Notes under the pieces: model-generated | Told to the model about the DNA's origin: nothing | The model's input: only the letters and a program-made list of their open reading frames with translations | Database searches by the model: none | Made by a program: the position numbers and the translations under genes | Assembly (NCBI GenBank): GCA_009103225.1 | Contig: RHPI01000385.1 | Location: 418,526 to 482,525 of the forward strand | Length of the DNA: 64,000 bases | Direction of reading: 5' to 3' | Source of the DNA: Chlorokybus atmophyticus | Lineage: Eukaryota > Plantae > Mesostigma and Chlorokybus algae | Part shown: positions 27,037 to 41,124 of the stretch, piece after piece | How the letters are laid out: every line of letters begins with the position of its first letter | Numbering within the stretch: the stretch's first letter is position 1

Positions 27037-28169
27037 ATGGCTGAGGACGTTGATGGCTTCCTGCAGGCTTACGGGGAGAAGGCGGAGCTGAACCAGTACT
27101 GGTACTCCCCGCACACTATTGCCACGCTGGTTCAAGTGAGGCTTGCGATGAGTGAACTCCTTGGTTTATCACGTATCACATGAATGTGGTTATAGGCAAT
27201 GCGTTACGTACAATCAATCCGTATGGTCAATGAGCACAGTTCATAGTCAGCCTTTGCCTGTCAACCATTGAGCCTACAAATCCACTGCTAAAGCTTGGTT
27301 GCGGCTTGCTGGTGGGCGTAGTGCTCAACACTTGCTCCTGTCAAGCTGCGTGATTGCCGAGTGGTATGTAATGTAAACAATGCAAGCCTCTCTCAAACGC
27401 GTGTGCTGATGATGGTGATGATGATGATGACGCCGATGGCCGTCGCCGCGCAGGAGATCGAAGTGAAAGCCTCTGCAGCAGCGTTTCTGTCCACCCCAAG
27501 CCTGTACTTCTCCCTCAAAGACCAGAAGCTCCAACAAGCCAGCCGTGTGTTTGATGTAAGCAGAAATTGTAATCGCAAGTGGAAGTGCGTGCATCTGCGC
27601 ATGCAAGTGCGTGACTACGTGCGCGACTGGGTGCACTGTCTCACCAATGTATGGTTTTATGTGCAGCGCTGTTTACTGCGCAATGCATGCACGAATGTAA
27701 TGCATGGTGTCCCTTGCCAAGGTGTGCTTATGAAGTGGATGTGTGGTGTGCAGTTTGATACACAGTGGGCGGGTGACCCCAATTTCGTGCTGTACGACTT
27801 CAACAAGCCGGAGGAGTTGGACGCGAGTCTGCACCACAGGTTCGATTACATTGTGATCGACCCGCCCTTCATCACGCCACAGTGCTGGCGCAACTACGCG
27901 CAGACTGCCAGGCTCCTAGCCAGCGAAACAGGCAAGTGTGAGGTGGTCGTTTGTTGTTAGCTGCGCTCGTCTCACTCAACTTACCTGCAGCCAATATTCT
28001 GCTTAGCACCATTGCGGAGAACGCCAATCTACTCCATGAGCTCCTCGCGGTGTCACCTTGCGAGTTCAAGCCGTCCATCCCGCACCTAGTGTATCAGTAC
28101 TCAATGTACACGAACTATCCTGCGCTGCACTTGAACCAGCCAAACAAAGAGCTGCCTCCTGATGACTAG
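27037..28169 (+). CDS. EEF1AKMT1: EEF1A lysine methyltransferase 1 (N6AMT2/Efm5) family
   Basis: ELNQYWYSPHTI, AAFLSTPSLY, FVLYDFNKP, IVIDPPF, FKPSIPHLVYQYSMYTNY; four exons. Confidence 0.88.
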
Positions 28170-29106
28170 TGCGAGCGAAGATCTGGCCGTTCCAAACAAT
28201 ACATGATTTTGGCAGCAATGCCAGTTAAGGTCCTGACCAAATGCCAGGGTTAGTATCTGCATGTCGGCACTGTATTGACAGGAAATATATATAGATGTAC
28301 TGCACGTGCGTGAAGTAGGTTGCAGAAAAATCGACCCAGTTACAGGTTGGTTTCGCCAGCTGCTAGCTGCCTGCTTGCATTCGTTTTGACGTGTCATAAA
28401 TCTGGATCAGTACTCACACTGGGCAGCAACAATGCACTGAAATCCATCGTCCTATATAAACTTGCAGCCTTCCTTTGAACAGCTGTGAATGGGCAGACAC
28501 CTTGGGAAATAATTACCAAAACATCTACAGCACATACATGTTGGTCCGCAGTCCCAGGACTCCTTGATCCATATTCGGTGTCATATACGTATGTGCATGC
28601 CTCGACTGTTGCATCTATCGCTAGCCACCTGCATGCACACCGCCCGGCGTCCTGGCACAGCACCCACGCTGACACCCACGACATGCCACACACCGCACAG
28701 CACCCATGTGCACCACACTCCTCAGCTTACGGTGGTGGTGGTATGCATTGGCACTACGTTAACATACTGCCCAACGAGCACGGCTGACCATGCCACAGCA
28801 AGCTAAACAATTGCAATATGACCATCCAACCAGGTACTGCCAGCCGATAAGCGGTTCTCAGTTGGCCCTTCTCACACTCAACCGAACTGTGTTCAGCTTG
28901 CACATTTGTTATAGCGCGTGAATTTGCAACAACCAATGCAGAACAGGGAATAAACATACAACCTCTATTAAGACATACCAGTAAACCTGCAACCACATAA
29001 CCCTGACATACAAGAGTACCCTTGTGTTCCCGCAATGCGCAAGCTGTTGTGCGTTTGATAACACGTCAAGAGGCAGCCAGGGCAGACAATGCCTGCCACC
29101 AACCTC

Positions 29107-31462
29107 TTATTGCTGGGCGCACTGAACTCTCGGCCCGGCACCAGCTTCATCATCCTCATCGTATGCTTCGCCACCACCAGATGTGGCCTTCCTCCTCATC
29201 TCAGCTTCAATGTCAACTTCGTGCAGAGAAACCTCCTCGACTTCATCCATGTCCATAGGCAACACCTGTGGCCTGGGAGGCAGCACTGTCTCCAAGGCCT
29301 GACAAGGCATAGAAAGTAATAAGTAGCCCCTCGTGTACACAGCTACATGCCTGAATGTTGAACACCCACACCTCCCCGCCACCTTGCGCGCTCGCGTCTT
29401 CCCCCTCACCCCAACTCAAAAGAAATGCAAAGACAGCATAGCAACAGCATGCAGGACACTGGAAACGCTGTCACACATAAGGTACCAACTCACCTTGACT
29501 TGGGCATCTGCGAGCCTGTCAGGGAACTCAATTGTGAACTGCACATACAGCCTCCCCTTCTCGAACGGCCGCTCGCGCAGAGGCATACCCTCTTCTTCTA
29601 CCGCCTTGACATCTCCTGCAGTCGGTTCACTTGGTGAGCATGCTGATCTGGTTGGAACAGACACTGGATGCATACCACCTGTGCATGCAAACGACATGAC
29701 ACCTACCTGGTTTGACAACCTCGCCGGGTTGCGACTTGCAGAGCAAAATGCGTCCATCGAGGTGAGTGACGGGGAATGCATACCCACAGAGAGCTTCTGT
29801 GAGAGTCAACTTGTGCTCAATGAACAGGTCATCGCCCTTGCGCTTGAAGACCGGGTGCTCTTTCTGCTGCAGTACAAACACAATGTCGCCCGGCACTGTG
29901 TCCGGAGCCTCATCTGCTTCACCCGTAAATACCACCCGTTGTCCATGCGACATGCCCTTCTCAATGTGAACCTCCAGCACCTTGCGCTCCTGGACCACCT
30001 TGTTGCCCTTACACTGCGTGCAGCGATCCTTGTCGCTGATGGATCGCCCTGTGCCTCGGCAGACCTCGCAAACCTGCTGCATCTGCTGCAACATGCCAGG
30101 TCCGATCTGTCGGACCGTCACCTTCATGCCATGCCCTTGGCAGCTTGCACAATCCATGGTCTGACCCGACTTTGACCCCTTCCTGCAAGCACCCACAAAG
30201 GTCAGTTTCTGCTAGAGTGGAAAGGCATGTGCATGCATCCAACCCTGTCCAGCTGGCTGAAAGCCACAATGCAGCAGTGAAAACAACCCACGTCGTGTAT
30301 GACGATACATGTATGCCTGAACCCCGCTTCGTTTCTGTTTAAAATATATGATGGCAATGCAACAGTAGCATACCCGCTGCAACGATCACAGATAACATTC
30401 TTTGTCAATGACAATTTTCTTGAGGTGCCCTTGTATAAATCTTCAAGCGACACCTTCAATGCATGAACAACATCTTCTCCTTTCCTGGGACCCCTCTGCC
30501 GCCTTGAGCCACCTGTTGTTAATCGCATGCATTGGTGAAAACCAACATAAAGCACTACAATGCAAGCCAATCTCAAAGCGTCCGCATGCATGTGTAGCCA
30601 GCAATTCGGACATGCGGACACCAGACGCCTTAGAAGGCCGCCTGAACACTGCCTACATATGCATGCAAACATATGCGCCAGTTGGCAAAGGACATGCGCC
30701 GCGCGTCCACAACAAGCGCATGAATTCTGCAAAGTCCGCAGAGCACTTGCACTTGTTGACAATGAGTGCTGATGACGGCTGGAGCACTGAGTGCAGAGAC
30801 CAAAAGATGAGGACATGCACGCTAGCTGCAATGTGTAAAAAATGAGCGCTTCGCAACAAATCCATCACAGCCTCAGCACTTGAGTGCCATGCCCAAGATG
30901 ACCAAATTTGGAGAGGAAGGCAGTGCGCTGCCTGACATTGCCAAGCATGCGAATCGTGCCAAGCACGGCAAACAAGCAGCCGCGTTGGCCATACGACCAA
31001 CCTCCAAAGCCACCACCAAATAGAGTGTCGAATATGTCCATGGGGTTGTGGAAGCCGCCTCCACCACCCATGCCCTCTTTGAGCGCCTCCTCGCCATACT
31101 GATCATAGATCTCTCGCTTCTCGGGATCCGACAAGACCTCATATGCGTGGCTGATCTCCTTGAACTGCAGAGCAGCAATAAGCACCCATCAGAAGCAGCC
31201 GTGCAAGCAGCTGCAAGCTGATGATTATTGCGCACATGACCACGCCAATGTGCAAAAGAGTTCGGAAGCGTTGTGCGAAGCGTGCAAGCATGGGGCAGCG
31301 TGCGCCGACCTTTTCTGGATCGCCACCCTTGTCGGGATGGAATTTGATAGCAAGCTTTTTGTACGCCTTCTTCAACTCGTCGGGGGTCACATCCTTGGAC
31401 ACGCCGAGGACGTCATAGAACTTGGTGTCTTTGCTCTTGGGCGCCTGCCGCCGCCCGAACAT
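29107..31462 (-). CDS. DNAJA: Type I cytosolic Hsp40 (DnaJA, ATJ2/ATJ3/Ydj1-like) with CaaX box
   Basis: J domain with HPD, G/F region, CxxCxGxG zinc repeats, [17 protein letters not shown]-terminal RVQCAQQ*. Confidence 0.97.
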
Positions 31463-32293
31463 GGCTGACGACTACCTTGGTCGGACCACTGTGAAACAAA
31501 CACCAGCCGCCCCTGCTTCAACCCAATCAGATCCTACCCAAGCCCCTCTCCCTGCCAGGAGGTGGCCTCACCAACCTGCCCAGCCACACAGCCGCCAAAC
31601 AGGCTCCGCCCTCAAAAAACTACCCCAGAGTGTTGCTTCCTCAATGCGGCTCTACCAAGCAGCAGACCCTCAACTGCGTCACCACGTCAACGCCACGGCG
31701 GCGGCGGCAACGTCCTTCCTGAACACCACCACCTTAACGATAGCGCTCTGCTTGCTGTAGTTGCAGCCAGCACGACGCTTCCAGCTCTCAACCCGATATC
31801 AACACTTTTGGCGTCCGACCCACTTCACAAGCGTCGGCAAATTTGGACCGCCGAGTTTGATGACTTAATGTGGCTACAGTCGCTGTGATCGGCGACAGCA
31901 ATTGCAATTGCTACATTGAGTTGGGAGTAGTGACTGAGGTGGGAGTAGTGCAGCCAACAAAGCGGATATCGACAGGGCAAGTGAAATGATAGCGGCGGCG
32001 TTAATGCGCGGGAAAAACCGGGGTTCGGTGGCCGCCTGCGCGACCCTTCCACACTGTTCCAGCGAGTTCCGGCGGCAACGGACCGACCGCCGCGGCCTGG
32101 CGGCCTCCAGTCGCGAAGCTTCCGAACTCGGCGCGAGCGCTGCACGGGAGTCGCGTGACGGCGACTCGCGTTACCTCCATAACAACCCCAATGCAACACT
32201 TGAATCGCTTGCAAAATGCATGACCCGCATGCAGCATCGAACATGCTGCTTTAGGTGCCCCCCCATTCCATGCAATCCCATGTACCATTCAAG

Positions 32294-32459
32294 TACCGCA
32301 TTTGTGCAAACACAAACCCCCTTTACTAACAAAGCCCCCACCCTCCACTCAAATTCTGTATGGGGTGGTGAATCTGGGCTGCATCACAAGTGTAAGAGGG
32401 GGTAAAAACATAAAAAGCCCCCTTTTGCATCAAGTGAGAAGTTGTGATATGAGGAGAAT
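32294..32459. mobile_element. Possible Tc1/mariner-type MITE left end
   Basis: taccgcatttgtgcaaacacaaaccccctttactaacaaagccccc resembles the reverse complement of the 14340-14399 terminus. Confidence 0.3.
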
Positions 32460-33612
32460 GGTGCGTGAGAGATGTTGTCATGTGTCGCGTGTGGGATGCA
32501 ATGACATGATGGGCATGTGTGTGGGTGTTGATGCACATACGCGTGTGTGTATGGGTGCGTGTGCGCGCATGTGCATGCGTGTAGGCATGAGTGCGCGCAT
32601 GCCTGTGCTTGCGTGTGTCTCTGTGCCCACGCGAGTGCACGCTTGTGCCTGTGTGTGCGTGGATATGCGTGTGCGCTTGTGGTTTGTGGTTCTGGCACGC
32701 GTGCATGCGCACACACATGCACACACATAGCTGTAAGTACTCGTCTGTAGTTCAATCAACAGCATGCAAATCTACCTTCGTACAGGAGTGGCGTGCGGGT
32801 AGGGAGAAGTTGAAGGAGATCGTCTCCACCCTCGCCTCCCAATCTCCCCGCGAGCAGAGCGGTCCAGTCCTCGCGCGCATGATCGAGCGCACGGTGGCGG
32901 CCCTCAACCAGGGCGACATCCCCACGACGGGCTCCGTGATCGACGCGTTCAACAGGGAGGCGCTCGAGCGCGCCGTCGCGCAGCATAAGGCAGCAGTGAG
33001 AGCCATTAACCTACCGCTAGGGGAGGGATTGTTGTATCAATCGCATCAGGCTGCCGCAGCAGCAGGCGTGAGCAGGTTGGTATGTGAGTGTGTGCGTGCG
33101 TGTGTGTATGTGCGTGTGCGTGTGTGTGTGTGTGCGTGTGCGTGCACGTGCGGATGTTTGCGTGAGTGCATGCTGTCGTTGAATCAATCTCATGAGGCCT
33201 CTGCCATGTGCAGGTTTCTCCGCGAACGCGTTGGACACAGCGAGGAGGCCGTGCGGCTTCTCGACGAGGTGCGCGCTCGCATGGACGAGGAGTATGCCAA
33301 CCGCAAGGAGGCCAATGCGCACGAGTCGGCGCGACGATGCGAGGCGCTCTTCGTGGAATGCGAGGACGCCCTCGATAAAGTCGCTGCCGCACGCCTGCCG
33401 TCCACGCGAAGGCTCGAAGCAAGCTTCGCACGCTGCAACACGTCGTACCACACACTGTGTATAGGTGAGTGCAGTGTGTTAAATCTGTTTTGTAGTGGCA
33501 TATTTGGTGGCATACCGGCTGTGTAACAACATCTAGTGAAGCTTACTTCAGTGTGCTTTCACTCGCTTTGCATGCGCTCAAGAGACTGCAGTACGCACAC
33601 AAGTACACATGT
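32460..33612 (+). repeat. 1153-bp copy of 22378-23530 (internal GBP intron/exons), ending at an N
   Basis: Offset 10082 bp; the ORF translations of both copies are identical; the copy stops at the single N at 33613. Confidence 0.95.
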
Positions 33613-35255
33613 NGGGCAAGCAAGGCAGCACAACAAAGGCCTAAGGCTGCCATTGGCAATCAAACATTACCCATGTCAACATGCACAAACGTTACGGCTT
33701 TAAAGACGTCAGCTTTGGTTTATAAGTTGCAGCGTCTTACCCGTTAACATTATAACGGCTAGTGTTCTAATTATAACTACAATCAGTATTGCTGCTGTGA
33801 GCCACAACATGATGATGCACGGGTGATGTAGACAAAATATATTGTGAAACTGAACAACCAAAGGGTTATTTCATTTAATGCCTTCCATCTTACGGCTTGC
33901 AATTCAAGACAAGATAGCTATGCAAATTACGGCAAAGTGAATGGCTTTATCTACCATACTAGCATATGCTGTGTGTATATAAATATATTTATATATTTTG
34001 CGTGTTTATATATTATAAACAAAAACAACGCAATCTGTTAATAAGTTTCATTGTGCATGCCGTTTTGTCGCATGCGAATTGCAAGGATACAGTACTACAT
34101 ATTATATGTTATAAAATCACATACAAATTACCTATGTTTTATTATAAGTATAAGTATTTGTGATTAGTTGTTTGATAAAATACAATGGCGTGTATTATAA
34201 CTTTAAAGATAAGAGTGATGGCCGCCACCACACGACTGTTGTGTGTCTCATCGTAAGAGTGGGGGCTACATGGAAACAGGTACGTGTAGCAGCATTTAAT
34301 ATGCGGCGTGCTTGTACTAGTTATTATGGGTTCCATCAGCAGTGCATCTCTGGCTCTCTCTCGCTCTCTTTCTCATTTTGCAATCGTATGCATTTTCACA
34401 ATAGATAAGGTTAATCACCTCACGTTGCATTGTACGTGTATATCTACAAAGCATTTGCATCGTGTAACATACAAAAGCATTTGCACCGTTAAGGTAATCA
34501 CCTCGCGTTTTTTTTAGCGTGCATACTTGGTAACGTTTGCATCGTGTAAGATGTGAAGAAAAATAAATGAAAATTTTTGGAACATGATGCCCTCCTTATT
34601 TCCACAGTGCTCGCTTTCAATATCGTGAGGGCCGTACAACTTGCAAGGCGTTTTTGATAATATAGATTAGATAAAACAAACATACTGCCCCCTTAAACGT
34701 GTGAGGAGCCCTGGTATTCAGGGAGACAATGCATTTGATACACACATTGGAACACAACCATGTCACATCCCACTTCACGATGTCATTGCTTATGATACAC
34801 GATTGACAAGCAGCACAACATATGACAATGGCTGTACCCACAATGGTATACTTTTGCTTATATCTCACACTGTGATGAGACTCACTGTGAGTTAGATGAT
34901 GATGCTCAAGAGCAACATGTGTAATGTGCATGCATGTACCTTTCAAGGTTGCAAGTTTCCGATTCCCATGATCCAAATCCCCGTCGAGGAACTCTCAAAT
35001 ATTAACGCTTGCGCCCATGCTTTTCGCTGTGCACCAGCATATTCTGCGGGTTAGCGTTTGCTGCGGGTTAGTCAGAGCAGCTGCTGCTCAGAGGCGAGCC
35101 TCTGTGGGGGCATGCAACTGGGGCTGCGAGACAGTGTAGGGTGACAACCCTATCGTTGTTTGGGCGAGGCCTTGCTCATTCTTGCTCGCTTTTCCTTTGA
35201 CCAAACACCACCACCAAACAGCAGCACAACGTAGTGTGATTTTTTGCGCTTCAGC

Positions 35256-37474
35256 ATGGCGGCCGCCGCCCATGCGCTGCATTTGCCTCAGCTCAGCGGA
35301 TGCGCACCCGCAAAGGCTTGGGCTGGGCTTGCCGCTCAACGGAGGTATGTGGTGGTTTGTTGTAAGCTTCCGGCAAGCTTGCATGCCTGTTCCAAGCTAT
35401 GGTCATGGCTGCTGCAACTCGTGATGTCAACGGCTTTGCATGTGACGCTGCTGCAGAAGTCAGCAGCAACAGCACGCTGCGCTGCCTTTCTCTGCACGCC
35501 TTCATGCAAAGCCAAGTCGCTCAACCCTGCTCCAAACCACTTGCAAGGCAGGCGGCGGCAAAAGGTACCAACTCAGTTGAAGCGTCACACGCACGCTGTG
35601 ATGATGTACATGTGGCATTAATGTGAAGCAAGGTAGCTTGCCATGCGCAAGTCACTAGTTGACGAGCCTTACATTTGGCATTGCAGTTCAAAGCAGCAAG
35701 GGGGCAAACCGGCTCAAAAGGGGTTCAAGCCGCCCAAAGAGGAGCCGCCCAGGCGGTCGAGCGCATTTGGGGACGTATTGCCGAACAACCGCATTGAAGT
35801 GGTAAACTGGTGTGCTGCATGCGCTCGTGCTATAAGCTGACATTTGCACTGGCAAATATGGGTTTGTGCTTACAACGACTTTGCTAATGCTTTCATCTGC
35901 AGGTTGACCCGGAAAGCGACCGCACTATCGACTGCTTAATACGCAGGAGGGTTACGAGCAGCTCTGGGGACCAGTGCTATCTGGTGCAGCCATTGGACAT
36001 GTGAGACTGCAATGCATTGTGACATGTCAATCCTGTAATTGTTGTTCATGTGTTATTAGTGTTGCATGCGTGTGCTGACCTCCTGAGGTCTGGAGGCAGG
36101 GCTGTGCAGATCCTGTCCCAGGGCAAGGACGGCAGCATGGAAGATGTAAGCTTGGCAGCATGTCTAATGAGTTGCGAGTGAATAGTGCACAAAGTCGTGC
36201 ATGGACGACCCGTGCATGTGCACACTCACATGCGACTGATGAGATAGATGACCCACTTGTGTCATGTGCATTGATGCTGCGTAATGGTTGGCAGTTGGAT
36301 GACGATGGTATCGAACCGGTATTGCCTGTTGCAGCCAAGGCTCTGGCAGAGCTGGGCTTCCACCTAGTGCACTCAGCGTAAGCCAAGCAGCAAGCACATC
36401 ACTACAAAAACAGCTTAGTTGCTTGTCACCTTACGCAGGCATGTTCCAAGCAAGCTCTTTTTGTGGGCTGCTTGTCAATCCTCTGTGACTTGCAGGTATG
36501 CTTTGACGATCCGGGGCCAGGTCATGTTCAGCGAGGAGAACATGGTTGAGTTTGATGGAGGTGAGGCATTGTACTCATTGTACCCTTGTGCACAGGTCAG
36601 GTACAACAATTCGTCCCTCATGTCTTTGTGTGCAGCTGATGGCGAAGAGAGTGCCGTGGAGGGCGTAGAGATCTGCTCCTTTAGCTATGTATAAATCTTA
36701 TTGATAGCCTTTGGCATGGTTTCAACCCGTGATCATGTCATGCCAGAATGACCATGGCTGATAACTGAGCAGCTCATCTGTTTCTTTGTCATGCAGAAAA
36801 ATCGCGAACACCTTGTTTATGCCCCGTTGGAGAGGCTGACCTTTGTAGCCTATCAGGTAGCGTGTTCATGTGTCGTTTTATGATGACACTGCAAGCGCCA
36901 TGCTGGTTGCCTCTGCCATGGCTTCTGAACTGGGCTTTTTGCTGCAGGATAAGGAAAGTGGCAAGTGCATCTTTGCACCTGATGAGGTAAGGCATACCCA
37001 CTGATCAAAATGCAAATTAGCTTCACTGCACGTGTGTCACATTTATTCTGCATGCAGATAAGCGAGGACCCTGCAATTGATGAGGCCATAGAAGAAGAGG
37101 AGAGACGTGAGGAAGAGTTGGCGTTGCAGGTGTGCACTGTGTTGAGAGTGCAGTTTCAACATGCATACTGTTGCAGACATTAGACCTCTAGAACAGCGCA
37201 TACTGCATGCTGTTGAAATGGATTCAAGACATATGCAATGTGTGGTTGCAGGAGTCGCTGAAGTAGCCCGTCCCCTTTGTACTGCGTACAGATTCTCAAG
37301 GGGATCGCCGCCGGCATCGAAGAATCCAGAGAAGACATGAGCACGCGGCGGAGGTTTGTCAACGCCGCAGGTTTTGGTGCACTGGCCGCAGCATCCATCG
37401 CTGCCGGTAGAGATCGGTTTTTGCAGGTTGCGCGAGTGGTAGCGCGAAACAGGCTAAGAGGTTCAGGGGGATGA
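35256..37474 (+). CDS. DUF3727-family plastid protein (cyanobacterial type), many short exons
   Basis: Spliced VDPESDRTIDCLIRRR..YLVQPLDM|AVQIL, LPVAAKALAELGFHLVHSA|YALTIRGQ, VEGVEICSF, HLVYAPLERLTFVA matches my recollection of the DUF3727 pattern; transit-peptide-like N-terminus. Confidence 0.7.
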
Positions 37475-38026
37475 GTTGCGCACTTTGCAGCAGTAGCACA
37501 GTTGGCAACTCAATGGTGACGCATGTTGGTGTGATATGGTAGAAGTCCACAATTGAACATCTGCATGTCCATCTTGATCGAGAAAAAGTTTTGTAGGAAT
37601 TTGAAAATGAGCACTCTTGAAGTAAGTGCAAACATCATCATATGAAGCATCGCTGACACAAGTATGCCAGCGACAGCAATGTACAAACAATGTGTAGCAG
37701 AGCGTGCTCTGAAGTCATACCACGCAACGACAACTGAACAAGAGTGCGAACCACACTTGTTACTCACAGTCAGACAACCATGTCACTGTTCGGCACAGCA
37801 TGCACGCACCATGCCCTGGACATCGTGCGTGCCACAAACCCGCTTGCAACACATGACATCCAAAACCACACTCAGTCTGCGGGCGCTGCACTTCACAGCA
37901 CTTGATGACACCACATGGCACAAAGTATCGGTGGCCACAAAGCCAAGGTCAACATGCAAGCGGATTACGCAAAACTGCTACCATCCTTGATAAAACTACC
38001 ATTGCTACGCAAGTTTCTACAAACTT

Positions 38027-40591
<2,565 letters not shown>

Positions 40592-41124
40592 AGCTTACGA
40601 ATGTACGTGCACACAACCTTCTTCCAAGCGCAATCCCCTAGGAGGCCGCCTCCACAACCACCACCGTCGCTCGCACCACAGCTCGCACCACCACTGCCGC
40701 CGCCGCCGCTGCTCAAATGCGGCGGGTTGCGATGTTGCGAGTTGTAATCCCGTAAATCTGAAATCCTCAGGTTCTGCAATTTCGACTGAACACAAGGAGT
40801 GTCACGTTGGCATGCATTGCTGAACCTCATGAGAGAATCCTTGCGACGGAAAAGGGTGCAAAGGGTTTTCCCAACCAGTCGCGAGTTGCCACAAGCGTGC
40901 ACTTGAGTACCTCTCAATGAGTTCGCCGCGGCCGTCTGCCTGGTGAACAGCGCAATTACTGCAATCCGCTGTATGCCGCGGCTGTGTGACGCAGCAAGTG
41001 AGCTAGGATCACTGGTCTCACAGACAGAATTGCTAAACGCGAACCGCTGAATCTGGTTCAGTGATCCAGCTTGGATGCAACAGCATCATGTGCTGCCATC
41101 CTGTAGGTGAGCCTCAGCTTGACC

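Noticed and set aside
27036-27039. Two divergent genes sharing one CATG start palindrome
   Set aside because: It needs an extra speculative intron and gives a signal-peptide-like N-terminus that is implausible for a nuclear histone-fold protein.
27932-27990. GC donor in EEF1AKMT1
   Set aside because: A canonical GT donor 6 nt downstream (AAGT|GTGAGG) gives the same frame.
32112-32130. Heat-shock element upstream of DnaJA (cGAAgcTTCcGAA)
   Set aside because: Only two correctly spaced nGAAn units; the third is off by one base.
20850-33500. Numerous C/V/A/H/T-rich ORFs in and around the GBP gene and its duplicate
   Set aside because: They are translations of GT/CA-rich intron sequence.
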